This document shows, in pieces, positions 31,550 to 41,518 of a stretch of DNA of 64,000 bases; the stretch's first letter is position 1, and each line of letters starts with the position of its first letter. Below the pieces are notes generated by a model. It saw only the letters and a list, made by a program, of their open reading frames with translations. It ran no database searches and was not told where the DNA came from. The stretch spans positions 17,835 to 81,834 of the forward strand of contig CAYYSJ010000005.1 of the NCBI GenBank assembly GCA_964474445.1. Direction: 5' to 3'. The position numbers were made by a program, and so were the translations under genes. This stretch comes from an uncultured Gammaproteobacteria bacterium (GTDB taxonomy: Bacteria > Patescibacteriota > Microgenomatia > Levybacterales > UBA12049).

Positions 31550-32710
31550 ATGAAAATAGACTGGCATATTGTTGGTATGATCGCATTTGTGAAAATATGT
31601 ATTTTCTCATTACTGTTTCTTTCTTTTGAGTTTTTTCCTTTTAATACTGTCTATTATTTCTCAAACTTTATCTATCCAAAAGGAGAGGCTATTTCATTAA
31701 AAACTGCGTACAAAACATGGGATGCTCAGCACTTCTTATTTTTGAGTGAAAAAGGATATCATGCAAAAAATGATTCAAATGCCTTTCCTCCTTTGTATCC
31801 ACTTGCTATATTTTTACTCACGACTCTCACAAAAAATAGCTTTGTGTCTGGCTTAATTATTTCCAATCTTTGCTCTCTGGTTGGCTTCTATCTGTTCTAT
31901 GAGCTTGTCTCTCTTTGGTTTACAAAAAAAATTGCGTATACAAGTCTTCTTCTTTTACTCTCATTTCCAACAAGTTTTTTCTTCTCACTGATTTATTCTG
32001 AATCACTATTCTTTTTGTGCCTTATGCTGTTTTTCTCGTTTCTAACAAAGAAACAGATCGGTTTTGCTGCTCTCATGGCTCTTCTTCTTCCGACAATCCG
32101 TTTAGTTGGAGTTGCTATTGTGCTTCCTTTTGTCAGCTGGTATGTGTTTGACATGCGCAAGTTGACTCTTTTTGATGAGGTAAAAAATATTGCAGAAAAC
32201 ATGCTGAGAAAAGAGGCACTCCTTCTCCTCTCTCCCCTACTTGGTTTTGGAGTTGTCCTGCTTTGTATGTTTTTGTTTACAGGAAATGCATTTGCACCAT
32301 TTGATGCGTTGCAACAATATGTTTCTCATCACTCGGTACTTTCCTTGTTTAATCTCTTCTCTTTTCTTGGAGTATTCTTCCATTTCCCCCTTGCTTTACA
32401 TGGGTATACAAATTCTATTTTTGATAGAGTGTTCTTTCTCGGATTCGTACTGCTTAGTGTACTCATGATACGAAGAGTATCGATAACGCTTCTTCTCTTT
32501 AGTATTGCCTTTGGGGTACTTCCCGTTTTGAGTGGAAGTTTCATGTCATATATGCGCTACGTTGCTGTTATCTTTCCTCTCTATATTGTCTTAGCACAAC
32601 TTGTAGAAGAAAAAAAATATCAAGCTTTCAAATTTCCTTTGTTATTTTTCTTTATTCTCTTGCAAACGCTATTTGTTATTATGCATAGTATAAATTATTG
32701 GGTTGCGTAA
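31550..32710 (+). CDS. PIG-V/GT76-like (Mannosyl_trans2) polytopic membrane glycosyltransferase
   Basis: WDAQHFLFLSEKGY...NAFPPLYPL resembles the PIG-V mannosyltransferase motif. Multi-TM. Confidence 0.45.
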   Translation: MKIDWHIVGMIAFVKICIFSLLFLSFEFFPFNTVYYFSNFIYPKGEAISLKTAYKTWDAQHFLFLSEKGYHAKNDSNAFPPLYPLAIFLLTTLTKNSFVSGLIISNLCSLVGFYLFYELVSLWFTKKIAYTSLLLLLSFPTSFFFSLIYSESLFFLCLMLFFSFLTKKQIGFAALMALLLPTIRLVGVAIVLPFVSWYVFDMRKLTLFDEVKNIAENMLRKEALLLLSPLLGFGVVLLCMFLFTGNAFAPFDALQQYVSHHSVLSLFNLFSFLGVFFHFPLALHGYTNSIFDRVFFLGFVLLSVLMIRRVSITLLLFSIAFGVLPVLSGSFMSYMRYVAVIFPLYIVLAQLVEEKKYQAFKFPLLFFFILLQTLFVIMHSINYWVA

Positions 32711-33498
32711 GCATGCTTGCTGTTATGATATATTTTTTTGTATTTATTGTTGGACTGTGTGTTGGTTCTTTTTTGAATGTTGTTATTGATAGAATCCCTC
32801 ACCATAGATCTATTGTGAAAGGAAGATCAGAGTGTGATTTTTGTCACCATACTCTTGCCTGGTATGATCTTATTCCTGTTTTCTCATTTGTCTTTCTCAG
32901 AGGTGCATGCAGATATTGCAAACACACGTTGTCACTTCAGTACCCGATTGTTGAAATACTTACCGGAGTATTATTTCTTGTGTCATACGTCTTACTACTA
33001 GGAAGTCCAGGTGTTTTTGCATTGGGAAAGTCGTTTCTTCTTTTGAGTCTTTTTGCAACATTTTTTGCTCTTTCTGTAATGGATATAAAATATGGAATAT
33101 TATCTGACACGTTAATCCTCTTTTCGGTAGGACTAACAGTTGGACTGTTGTTATTTTCTCCTGCGCTTTTTTTTGCACATCTTTTGGTTGGATTTGTGTG
33201 TTTGGGCGTATTATTGCTTCTTTTTCTTGTGACGAAAGGTCGAGGAATTGGGCTTGGTGATGTCAAACTAAGTTTTGTGATGGGACTATTGCTTGGATTC
33301 CCCTCAATTGTCGTTGCGTTCTATATAGCTTTCTTGACAGGTGCTTGTATTGCAATCATACTAATAGTAGCAAAGAAAAAAAAGCTGGTTGGAGGGACAA
33401 TAGCATTTGGTCCTTTCTTGCTTCTTGGGACATATATCAGCTGGTATTTTGGTAGCAGCGTATGGATGTTTTTTCTGCACATACTCGGCATTCTTTAG
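32698..33498 (+). CDS. pilD: Prepilin peptidase PilD (A24 family)
   Basis: N-terminal CxxC...CxxC zinc-binding region (CDFC...CRYC). Eight TM helices. Asp-containing peptidase motifs. Confidence 0.85.
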   Translation: MGCVSMLAVMIYFFVFIVGLCVGSFLNVVIDRIPHHRSIVKGRSECDFCHHTLAWYDLIPVFSFVFLRGACRYCKHTLSLQYPIVEILTGVLFLVSYVLLLGSPGVFALGKSFLLLSLFATFFALSVMDIKYGILSDTLILFSVGLTVGLLLFSPALFFAHLLVGFVCLGVLLLLFLVTKGRGIGLGDVKLSFVMGLLLGFPSIVVAFYIAFLTGACIAIILIVAKKKKLVGGTIAFGPFLLLGTYISWYFGSSVWMFFLHILGIL

Positions 33499-34232
33499 AA
33501 AAAGGGTTTACGCTTATTGAACTATTAGTTGTTGTTGTCATGTTTGCAACACTACTTCTTGGTCTTATTGTTACCTTTAATCCACTCGGTCAGATCAATA
33601 AGGCAAAAAACCTTGATCGTGAACATAACCTTGACCAAATAAAATCAGCCTTGGATAGTTATTATAACGATAATGGGTGTTACCCAACTGCTCTCACGTT
33701 TGGGTCCATATGGCAAAATAACAATAGTGTCTATATGCCAAAAGTCCCCCAAGATCCTGATTTTGTCAGCGGCTCAACAAGCAATCTTCCCTACGTCTAT
33801 CAAACAGATGGGTCAAGTTGTCCTCAATGGAATGTGTTGTATGCGGGACTTCGGGTACCTATTAATATTTCACTTCCCTGTCCTCTTGCCAAAAGAACAG
33901 CATGTGTTCCCCAGGGATTTAACTCGTTCTATAATTTCTGTCTCTCCTCAGGAACGGTAAATTGTGCGTATATTGCCTCCACAAGTCTTCAGACAGGTCC
34001 TACTCCTACCCAACCTGCAACTCCTACACCAACTGTGGGTCCAACCCCAACTCCCTATATTGTTAATTGTCAAACAAACTATTATGCATGTACTGGAGAT
34101 AACAGGTGTAATGTCTTGAGTGTTGATCCTGTGTCGCATCAACCAACACAGTGTTTTGGCTATGGAGGGACGTACCAATGTTATTGTGATAATCTTTGTC
34201 GAGTAAATGGCGTGCTACAATGTGCACACTAA
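33462..34232 (+). CDS. Type IV pilin-like protein with a Pro/Thr linker and Cys-rich C-terminal domain
   Basis: EKG/FTLIELLVVVVMF class III signal. TGPTPTQPATPTPTVGPTPTP linker. C-terminal module with nine Cys. Confidence 0.7.
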   Translation: MDVFSAHTRHSLEKGFTLIELLVVVVMFATLLLGLIVTFNPLGQINKAKNLDREHNLDQIKSALDSYYNDNGCYPTALTFGSIWQNNNSVYMPKVPQDPDFVSGSTSNLPYVYQTDGSSCPQWNVLYAGLRVPINISLPCPLAKRTACVPQGFNSFYNFCLSSGTVNCAYIASTSLQTGPTPTQPATPTPTVGPTPTPYIVNCQTNYYACTGDNRCNVLSVDPVSHQPTQCFGYGGTYQCYCDNLCRVNGVLQCAH

Positions 34233-34241
34233 GCAATTGCT

Positions 34242-34841
34242 ATGAAAACAAAAAAACGAGTAGGACACTCCTTTATCACACGTAATCATCATGCTGGTTT
34301 TACCATGGTAGAACTGTTAATTAGTATTGGTGTGTTAGCAATACTTGCTGTGTTTGCATTAGCTGCAGTAAACCCGATTGATCAATTTAAAAAAGCAAGA
34401 GACTCGCAGAGAAAATCTGATTTAGCACAACTGCAAAAAGTTTTGGAACAATACTATCAAGACTGGGGACACTATCCTCCCAATAGCAATGCGTATCAAC
34501 TTGAGGATGAGAGAGCAAATCCCTATACTATCATTCCGTGGGGAGGGTCTGGAGGATGGACTCCCTATATTGATCTTGTTCCAAAAGATCCTGATCCTGC
34601 TCGTACGTATATCTATTACTCAACAAATAGCGGCCAAAAATATTATGTATATACCTCTCTGGAAAGAGGACCGCTTGATCCGACAACATGTATGGCAACA
34701 AATGCGCAGTGTAAGGCAAATCCTACAAGCACATTCTGTAATTGTACAGGTGCAACGAGTTTAACAACGCCGACATTTTGTGGGGCAACAACACTCCTTC
34801 CTTGTAATTATGGTGCGACAAGTTCAAACACGACACCCTAA
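34242..34841 (+). CDS. Type IV pilin (GspG/PilA-like)
   Basis: HAG/FTMVELLISIGVLAILA prepilin motif. Confidence 0.75.
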   Translation: MKTKKRVGHSFITRNHHAGFTMVELLISIGVLAILAVFALAAVNPIDQFKKARDSQRKSDLAQLQKVLEQYYQDWGHYPPNSNAYQLEDERANPYTIIPWGGSGGWTPYIDLVPKDPDPARTYIYYSTNSGQKYYVYTSLERGPLDPTTCMATNAQCKANPTSTFCNCTGATSLTTPTFCGATTLLPCNYGATSSNTTP

Positions 34842-34859
34842 GACGTTGACGATTTCTTT

Positions 34860-35387
34860 GTGACACTTTACTATAACAATATGAAGATAAAAAGAAAAAA
34901 CAGTATATACACTCGCTCACTCACGACGATACAACGAGGGTTTACTCTTGTTGAGCTGTTGATTGTTATTGCAATCATTGGCATTCTCTCAACACTGCTA
35001 ATGGCCAATTTTATCGGTATCAGACAACGAGCACGAGATGCGCAACGAAAATCTGATGTGCGACAAATCCAGTCAGCACTTGAGTTGTATAGAGCAGATA
35101 ATGGAAGTTACCCTGCACCGGCAGGGTCGAATGGGTTAACAACAAATTGCCCAAATCCAGCCGCCTTTACTGCAAACGGGACAACGTATATGGCTCAAAT
35201 CCCTTGTGATCCACTGGGAGCCTCTTTCTATCACTCAGGAAACTATTTTTATAAACTAACAACAGGTGGATATGAACTGGGTACATGTTTGGAAAATATA
35301 GCTGACAATGATTATTATTCTGGCAGTTTTGATGGAGCTGATAATTCTTGTACCACAGCACACTATTTTGTAAAAACAAACCCCTAA
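34860..35387 (+). CDS. Type IV pilin (GspG/PilE-like)
   Basis: QRG/FTLVELLIVIAIIGILS prepilin motif. Conserved NGSYP segment. Confidence 0.75.
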   Translation: MTLYYNNMKIKRKNSIYTRSLTTIQRGFTLVELLIVIAIIGILSTLLMANFIGIRQRARDAQRKSDVRQIQSALELYRADNGSYPAPAGSNGLTTNCPNPAAFTANGTTYMAQIPCDPLGASFYHSGNYFYKLTTGGYELGTCLENIADNDYYSGSFDGADNSCTTAHYFVKTNP

Positions 35388-35426
35388 TACATTGACGCAG
35401 AAGATCCAACCATTTACCATAGAATT

Positions 35427-35996
35427 ATGTTAGACAAAAAAGGAAGGACGTCTCAGTCGGGGTTCACTCTTATTGAGCTTATTATTGTCTTCACGCTTTT
35501 TACGCTTCTTTCAGGAGTTGGTGTTGCTTCCTTTGTTACCTATAGCAGAAGCCAGGCAGTTGATAATAGTATGAAAGAGCTAAAAACCACACTATTTACT
35601 GCCAGGTCGCGAGCACTTTCCCAGTTAAAAGATGCGAGTTGTGGAAGTTCAACAAATCTGCAACTTCTTGGATATGAGGTTGTTTTATGTACAGTTCCAG
35701 GTCATTCCCACCCTGCAAATGTTGCGTGTAATGCTGCCTCAAACTCCTATGAGTTACAAATTATTTGTGGAAAGCCAGATGGTTCAGGACAAATTGCAAC
35801 TACGGTGCTTGGAAAAAGTTTTATTGATCGAAATATCAGTTTTGATACAACCTCAACTGCAACGTATTTCTTTTTCACATCAATAACAGCATCTGTTATA
35901 TCAGATAATGCAAGTGGTGGAAACCCAACAGCTGTTATCAATGGCTATTCTCTGAAAAAATCGGTAAATGTATCCCAGACTGGAGTTATTCAATGA
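35427..35996 (+). CDS. Pseudopilin (GspH/FimT-like)
   Basis: QSG/FTLIELIIVFTLF class III signal. Confidence 0.7.
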   Translation: MLDKKGRTSQSGFTLIELIIVFTLFTLLSGVGVASFVTYSRSQAVDNSMKELKTTLFTARSRALSQLKDASCGSSTNLQLLGYEVVLCTVPGHSHPANVACNAASNSYELQIICGKPDGSGQIATTVLGKSFIDRNISFDTTSTATYFFFTSITASVISDNASGGNPTAVINGYSLKKSVNVSQTGVIQ

Positions 35997-36526
35997 TCAG
36001 AAATGAACGTGGCCAGACTCTTATTGAAGTATTAGTAGGACTTGCCGCTGCTGTGATTGTTATTGCAGCAATTACTGTTGCTGCTGTTTCCTCTTTAAAT
36101 AATGCTGAATATAGTCGTGACCAGAGTTTAGCAACTCAGTATACGCAAGAAGGCATTGAGGTTGTCAGAAATATGCGAGATCAGAATATCTCTTCAATCA
36201 GTTCTTCCTCTCTTCCTGATGGCACCTATTGTATGGCAAAAGGGTGTCAGTCAATAACGCCAAACGCTGGAAATTGTGGACCACGAAGTGGAAACCGCTG
36301 TAGTCAAAATGTCAATAATTTTGTTCGAGAAATCACCATCCTTCACAATGATAGTACGTGTAATGGCAATGGACCAACCCCGAACCCTACGCCAACGCCG
36401 ACGTTAAAAATAACAGCGGTAACGTACTGGGGTGATACGAAATGTACAAGTTCGACAAATCCATTTTGTCATAGCGTTATCTCAACATCATGTCTTTCTG
36501 ATTTTACGATTGTCCCAACGCCATAA
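35993..36526 (+). CDS. Pseudopilin (PilV/GspI-like)
   Basis: RG/QTLIEVLVGLAAAVIVIAAI N-terminus with Glu at position +5. Confidence 0.6.
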   Translation: MIRNERGQTLIEVLVGLAAAVIVIAAITVAAVSSLNNAEYSRDQSLATQYTQEGIEVVRNMRDQNISSISSSSLPDGTYCMAKGCQSITPNAGNCGPRSGNRCSQNVNNFVREITILHNDSTCNGNGPTPNPTPTPTLKITAVTYWGDTKCTSSTNPFCHSVISTSCLSDFTIVPTP

Positions 36527-36528
36527 CT

Positions 36529-37086
36529 ATGAAAATTTCTCGACATGTTTTTCGTTTACCAAGGCAAGAGGCTGGTTTTACTCTTGTTGAGATGCTTGCT
36601 GTCATGGTTGTTTTTATTATTGTTGGGAGCATTATGCTCTCTATCCTCGTGACAACATTCAGAACATCTCAAAAAACAGATACCCTGACGCAAGTCAGAG
36701 AAAATGGCAACTATGTTCTTACCCAAATGGCAAAAACAATTCGCAGTGCGACAGGTCTTGTTGCTCCTTTCCCCTGTGTGACCCCAGTCATAACAAGTAC
36801 CCTAACCGTTCTGACGCCTGATCATAATCAGATTATCTATGATTGTACGATCCCACCCAGTCCAACTCCTGCCACGATTGCATCAAACAGTGCATCTGTC
36901 CTGGATACCTCAGCCGTTACATTAACCGCCTGTAGCTTTACGTGTACACAAAATAGTAAAAGCGAATTGCCTATCATACAAATCAATTTTTCGCTCAAAC
37001 AGCAAAGTAGTAGTACCTTTGTTGAAAAAACCGTTTCCACTGTTTCTTTCCAAACATCCGTTGTTATGAGAAACATCATTCGCTAG
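36529..37086 (+). CDS. Pseudopilin (PilW/GspJ-like)
   Basis: EAG/FTLVEMLAVMVVFIIVGS class III signal. Confidence 0.7.
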   Translation: MKISRHVFRLPRQEAGFTLVEMLAVMVVFIIVGSIMLSILVTTFRTSQKTDTLTQVRENGNYVLTQMAKTIRSATGLVAPFPCVTPVITSTLTVLTPDHNQIIYDCTIPPSPTPATIASNSASVLDTSAVTLTACSFTCTQNSKSELPIIQINFSLKQQSSSTFVEKTVSTVSFQTSVVMRNIIR

Positions 37087-37133
37087 CTACCTTTGCAATT
37101 GACAGGCTCTTTCACTCTTGTTACTCTAGAAGT

Positions 37134-38033
37134 ATGGTATTTCTTACCGAGTTTTTCCGTAGTCGTGAACAAGAAAAAGGACAAGCACTCTTAATTGTTG
37201 TCCTCGTGATTGTGGTGACCTTAACCGTTGGTCTCTCATTGGCCTCGCGCAGTATTGTCCAGCTTCGCAATACAACGGATGAGGCAAATTCCCAAGCAGC
37301 ATTTTCTGCAGCCGAAGCAGGGGTTGAGCAAGCAACCAAATTAGGAAACGTCAATGGCAGTGGCGTTATTAGTGGCATCAATTTGAATGATAAAAATAAT
37401 TCTCAAATTAGTACTGTTGATGTCACTATTATGAAAGCAGATAGTGTGTTAATCAACAATGGCACTCCTCTATTTCAAGATAATGGAGCTGACTTGTGGT
37501 TAACTCCTTACGATACAAACCAGGCAAACCTCTTTGATAGCACGAAAGCGTTCAACGGGACATTAACCATCTATTGGGGAACAAATACCAATCCTTGTGT
37601 AGATCCTGCAGTTGAAATCCTTATTATCTCAGGAACAAGAACAAGTCCGACGCTGAGTAAATATGCCTATGACCAATGTGGGTCAAATAGTACCCAACCT
37701 CTCAAAAGAGCAAATGGATTTCCTGATGCCCCTCAAAAAGTAACCTCCCAGACACAATCTGCCTTTACCATTAGTGGAACAAACGGTTCTACAGTGTTTA
37801 ACTATAAAGCACAAATTGCTGTTGGTAGTGGTCTTATTGCTCGCATTATTCCACTCTACAATTCAGGCCAAGTTGGAGCATCTGGTATTGGTTTACCAGA
37901 TCAGGGGAAAATTATCACATCAACGGGAACAGCAGGCATTTCAAACCAACAAGTTGTGCGAAAAGTAGGCTTTTTCCAAGGACATGAGCAATTGCCCATT
38001 CAATTTTACTACTCACTTTTTACATCACGATAA
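37134..38033 (+). CDS. PilX/GspK-like minor pilin
   Basis: KGQALLIVVLVIVVTLTVGLSLASRS...ANSQAAFSAAEAGVE is a typical PilX N-terminal helix. Confidence 0.55.
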   Translation: MVFLTEFFRSREQEKGQALLIVVLVIVVTLTVGLSLASRSIVQLRNTTDEANSQAAFSAAEAGVEQATKLGNVNGSGVISGINLNDKNNSQISTVDVTIMKADSVLINNGTPLFQDNGADLWLTPYDTNQANLFDSTKAFNGTLTIYWGTNTNPCVDPAVEILIISGTRTSPTLSKYAYDQCGSNSTQPLKRANGFPDAPQKVTSQTQSAFTISGTNGSTVFNYKAQIAVGSGLIARIIPLYNSGQVGASGIGLPDQGKIITSTGTAGISNQQVVRKVGFFQGHEQLPIQFYYSLFTSR

Positions 38034-39055
38034 TGAAACAAAAAGCATTTGGACTCGATATTGGGACAAACAGTATAAAAGTAGTATGGCTTTCTCGTGA
38101 ATCAAAAGGATTTTTTTTGCAAGCTGCCCAAGTAATCCCTACTCCACTTCGTGGCATGCTATCTGAATCACCACTGGATCAGGAAGAAATGGCAAAAGCA
38201 ATTCGTGCGATTGTCACTGAATCAAGAATTTCAACGAGATACGTCAATATTGCGCTTCCTGAGAATCAAGTATATACCCGTGTCATTGATATGCCTCCGC
38301 TGTCTGATAAAGAACTTTCCAGTGCAATTTATTGGGAAGCAGAACAATATATCCCTGTTCCGCTGCCAACAATTACCCTTGATTATAAAGTGTTACGGCG
38401 TCCTCAACCAGGAAGCATGGAAAAGATGCAAGTTTTGTTAGTAGGAGCACCAACTGCAATTATTGATAAATACGAATCTGTTTTAAATCTTGCAGGATTA
38501 TCAATCAATGCTGTTGAAACAGAACTGCTCTCTTTAGTTAGAGCACTTGTGGTTGATGAGAAATTTCCCGCATCTCTCATTGTTGCTATTGGAGCGGTAA
38601 GTACGTCTCTTGCCATCATTCATGACAACATGCTTGTATTTACCTATTCATTGCCAACAGGAGGTGTTGCCCTGAGCCGTGCGATTGCTGCAGATTTTGG
38701 CTTTGCGATACAACAAGCAGAAGAATATAAAAAAGTGTACGGGTTAGCAGATCAGAATATTGGAGGGAAAATTGGCAAGGTTACTGAACCAATTCTTTCA
38801 TCTATTTTAACAGAAATGAAAAAGGCATTAGCATTCTATGGGAATAAATACCCTACTGATCCTATCAAGCAACTTATTATCTCAGGAGGGACAGCACGCT
38901 TGCCTGGTCTTGCCACTTATTTTACTGCCAATACTGGTATTGAAACAGCAATAGCAAATCCGTGGAAAATTTTAGTAGAGCAAGAAGTGCCAAAAGATAT
39001 TATTGAAAATGCTTCTGAGTATAGCATTGCAGTTGGCCTTGCAATGAGAGATTAA
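38033..39055 (+). CDS. pilM: Type IV pilus assembly protein PilM (actin-like ATPase fold)
   Basis: FGLDIGTNSIKVV N-terminal phosphate-1 motif. 340 aa. Confidence 0.85.
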   Translation: MKQKAFGLDIGTNSIKVVWLSRESKGFFLQAAQVIPTPLRGMLSESPLDQEEMAKAIRAIVTESRISTRYVNIALPENQVYTRVIDMPPLSDKELSSAIYWEAEQYIPVPLPTITLDYKVLRRPQPGSMEKMQVLLVGAPTAIIDKYESVLNLAGLSINAVETELLSLVRALVVDEKFPASLIVAIGAVSTSLAIIHDNMLVFTYSLPTGGVALSRAIAADFGFAIQQAEEYKKVYGLADQNIGGKIGKVTEPILSSILTEMKKALAFYGNKYPTDPIKQLIISGGTARLPGLATYFTANTGIETAIANPWKILVEQEVPKDIIENASEYSIAVGLAMRD

Positions 39056-39059
39056 TGGT

Positions 39060-39596
39060 ATGAGTAATGATATTAACCTGCTCTCACATCAGAGTAAAAC
39101 ACGTTTTTCACAGGAGCAAATCCTTGCTTACAGTAAGGTAGCAGCAATCATATGCAGTATCCTTACTGTTTCACTGGCACTGATGCTGTTTCTTCTCAAT
39201 CGTGACCCTACTCTTTCGCAACTGCAAGGACAGCAACAAACGGTTTTGGCAGAGTTAACGATTCTTCACAGTAAGACGGCAAAAGATTTAATTATTCTGG
39301 ATAGAGTAAAACGTATTGTACAAATTAATCAACAAAGAAGTTCTCTTGGACAAAAAGTAACAGATATCCAAAAACAACTTCCCAGTGGTATATCGATCTC
39401 ATCATTCACTCTTGATAGTAAACACGTTAATCTCACTATTACTTCATCATCGCTTGTTCCCATGGGGACGTTTATTAACAATCTGACACAGGCAATTAAC
39501 AATAAAACGTTGTTGAAACAACTAACAATTCAAGGAATTATCTCTGATGAAAAAACAGGCACGTATTTACTGAGTATTACCGGTGATTTATTATGA
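39060..39596 (+). CDS. pilN: PilN-like bitopic inner-membrane protein
   Basis: Single TM after a short cytoplasmic N-terminus, then a coiled coil. Position directly after pilM. Confidence 0.55.
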   Translation: MSNDINLLSHQSKTRFSQEQILAYSKVAAIICSILTVSLALMLFLLNRDPTLSQLQGQQQTVLAELTILHSKTAKDLIILDRVKRIVQINQQRSSLGQKVTDIQKQLPSGISISSFTLDSKHVNLTITSSSLVPMGTFINNLTQAINNKTLLKQLTIQGIISDEKTGTYLLSITGDLL

Positions 39597-40312
39597 GCGC
39601 ACTTAATCCAAAAGTTTCGTTAGACCAACTTGTTCTGAAAGCTCTGTACTATCGGTACAAGAACTTTCTTGTTCCTATGGGGACAATTGCAGTATGTGTT
39701 CTGTTGTTTCTGTTTATCATTATCCCCCAAATACAAGCATGGTTTGCCATGAAGGATGAAATATCAGTTGATACGCAAAAACTTCAAACGTTAAAACAAA
39801 ACCTGCAAACAATCTCCCGTCTTGATGATGGACAATTAGATACGTATTTAACAACAGCATCCAATGCCCTTCCAACAGACAAAGACTTTGGGAGCATCTT
39901 ACAAACATTGGCAGCTGCGGCAGCAACTGCAGGGACAAGTTTAGGAGACTATAACTTCCAAATAGGAGATTTAGTCAGTCCAGACACAAAAACTACTGGG
40001 GGTCAGATTCCTCTTGAATTATCGATTAATCTTAAGGGAGATGTCACAACAGGGAAACAATTTATCGATGCGTTGAAAGCACAGCTGCCTATTTCTGATG
40101 TGACATTAATGAATGTCAATGCAAACGGAACAATCAATATCACTCTTGTCTTCTATTATGCTCCACTGCCAAAGATTACGTTTGATGATTCTGTACCATT
40201 ACAAACGCTTTCTGCAAAGGATCAAGCTATGTTACAACTTCTTGCAACACCTCAGGTAACACCATTGATTACGCAGCCTCCTGCTACTACATCAGCAAAA
40301 CTTACTCAGTAG
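39593..40312 (+). CDS. pilO: PilO-like bitopic membrane protein
   Basis: Single TM, then coiled coil and a periplasmic domain. Position after pilM and pilN. Confidence 0.5.
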   Translation: MSALNPKVSLDQLVLKALYYRYKNFLVPMGTIAVCVLLFLFIIIPQIQAWFAMKDEISVDTQKLQTLKQNLQTISRLDDGQLDTYLTTASNALPTDKDFGSILQTLAAAAATAGTSLGDYNFQIGDLVSPDTKTTGGQIPLELSINLKGDVTTGKQFIDALKAQLPISDVTLMNVNANGTINITLVFYYAPLPKITFDDSVPLQTLSAKDQAMLQLLATPQVTPLITQPPATTSAKLTQ

Positions 40313-41000
40313 AGGTAAGATCGGGGCGATACTGTTTCGTTAGTTTTTTTGCTTCTTCTTTTTTCCACTCTTCTATTTTTTTATGATCTCCCGAAACGAG
40401 AATATCAGGTACTTTCATCCCTTTATATTCCCTTGGTGTTGTATATTGTGGGTATTCAAGGAGAATATTCCCTTCTTTATCGGTACTAAATGATTCATAA
40501 AACGTGGCGTCTTCTTTAAGAACTCCTGGGACAAGTCTACTCACTGCATCAGTAATAAGCATTGCAGGAATTTCTCCACCGGTGAGAACAAAGTCCCCTA
40601 TGGAAATTGTTTCATCAACCAGACTCCTCACCCGTTCATCAACGCCTTCATAATGAGCACACAAAAGAATAAGGTGTTTAAGCTCTGAGAATTCTTGTGC
40701 TTTTGCTTGTTTGAAGGTTTCTCCCCGTGGGTCCAAAAGGACTACTTTCTGTTCTTGGCTACTGAATGTGGGATCTTTTACTGCCTGTATTGTCTGATCA
40801 AGAATATCAACTTTCATGACCATTCCGACTCCCCCACCGTATGCCCTGTCATCCACAACTTTATGACGTCCAATACCAAAATCTCGAATATTAACAAAAT
40901 TTATTTCTAAAAGCCCTTTTTCTTGTGCTCTTTTCAGAATTGACTCTGAAAAAGGTCCCTCAAACATGTCAGGAAAAAGTGTCAAAATGGTGATTTTCAT
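40302..41000 (-). CDS. trmD: tRNA (guanine37-N1)-methyltransferase
   Basis: TrmD signature ITILTLFPDMF...RAYGGGVGMVMK. 232 aa. Confidence 0.9.
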   Translation of the reverse strand: MKITILTLFPDMFEGPFSESILKRAQEKGLLEINFVNIRDFGIGRHKVVDDRAYGGGVGMVMKVDILDQTIQAVKDPTFSSQEQKVVLLDPRGETFKQAKAQEFSELKHLILLCAHYEGVDERVRSLVDETISIGDFVLTGGEIPAMLITDAVSRLVPGVLKEDATFYESFSTDKEGNILLEYPQYTTPREYKGMKVPDILVSGDHKKIEEWKKEEAKKLTKQYRPDLTSTE

Positions 41001-41041
41001 AATGGTATTGTACCAAAGTGGGGAAATTATTGGATGTGGAA

Positions 41042-41272
41042 TTATTCTCCGAGCTGGATTTGCACTTTTTTGTGTTCTTTCATTGCAGGGATCTTCATGA
41101 CATTGCGGATAGAGCGGATAACTTTGCCTTGCTTTCCAATAAGCTTACCCATATCTTCTTTTGCTGCGTGGATTGTGTAAGTGACAACACCATCAACATC
41201 TTCTTCATCAACGGTGATTGCATCTGGAGAGTCAACTATTGCTTTAACGATGTATTCGAGTACGTCTTTCAT
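41042..41272 (-). CDS. KH-domain RNA-binding protein (YlqC/UPF0109 family)
   Basis: GKLIGKQGKVIRSIR KH GxxG loop. Located between rpsP and trmD as in the canonical operon. Confidence 0.7.
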   Translation of the reverse strand: MKDVLEYIVKAIVDSPDAITVDEEDVDGVVTYTIHAAKEDMGKLIGKQGKVIRSIRNVMKIPAMKEHKKVQIQLGE

Positions 41273-41502
41273 TATTTTTTCTCAATGAGCTTTTTTACTG
41301 TTGCTGAAGGTTGTGCACCTTGAGACAACCAGTATGTTATTCGTTCCATGTTGATATCTTTTTGTGTCCCTTTGGTTGTTTTGGTAACCCATCCAAGGTA
41401 TTCTGCTGGACTACCGTCTCTTCGATATCGTTTTTCTGTGACAACGAGTCGGTATTTTGCTTCGCCTTTATGTCCTGTTTTTGTAAGTCTAAGTACTAAC
41501 AT
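41272..41502 (-). CDS. rpsP: 30S ribosomal protein S16 (start refined to ATG 41502)
   Basis: MLVLRLTKTGHKGEAKYRLVV... is the S16 N-terminus. The longer ORF-track call overlaps the rnc 3' end. Confidence 0.85.
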   Translation of the reverse strand: MLVLRLTKTGHKGEAKYRLVVTEKRYRRDGSPAEYLGWVTKTTKGTQKDINMERITYWLSQGAQPSATVKKLIEKK

Positions 41503-41518
41503 ATCTATATTATACCAT

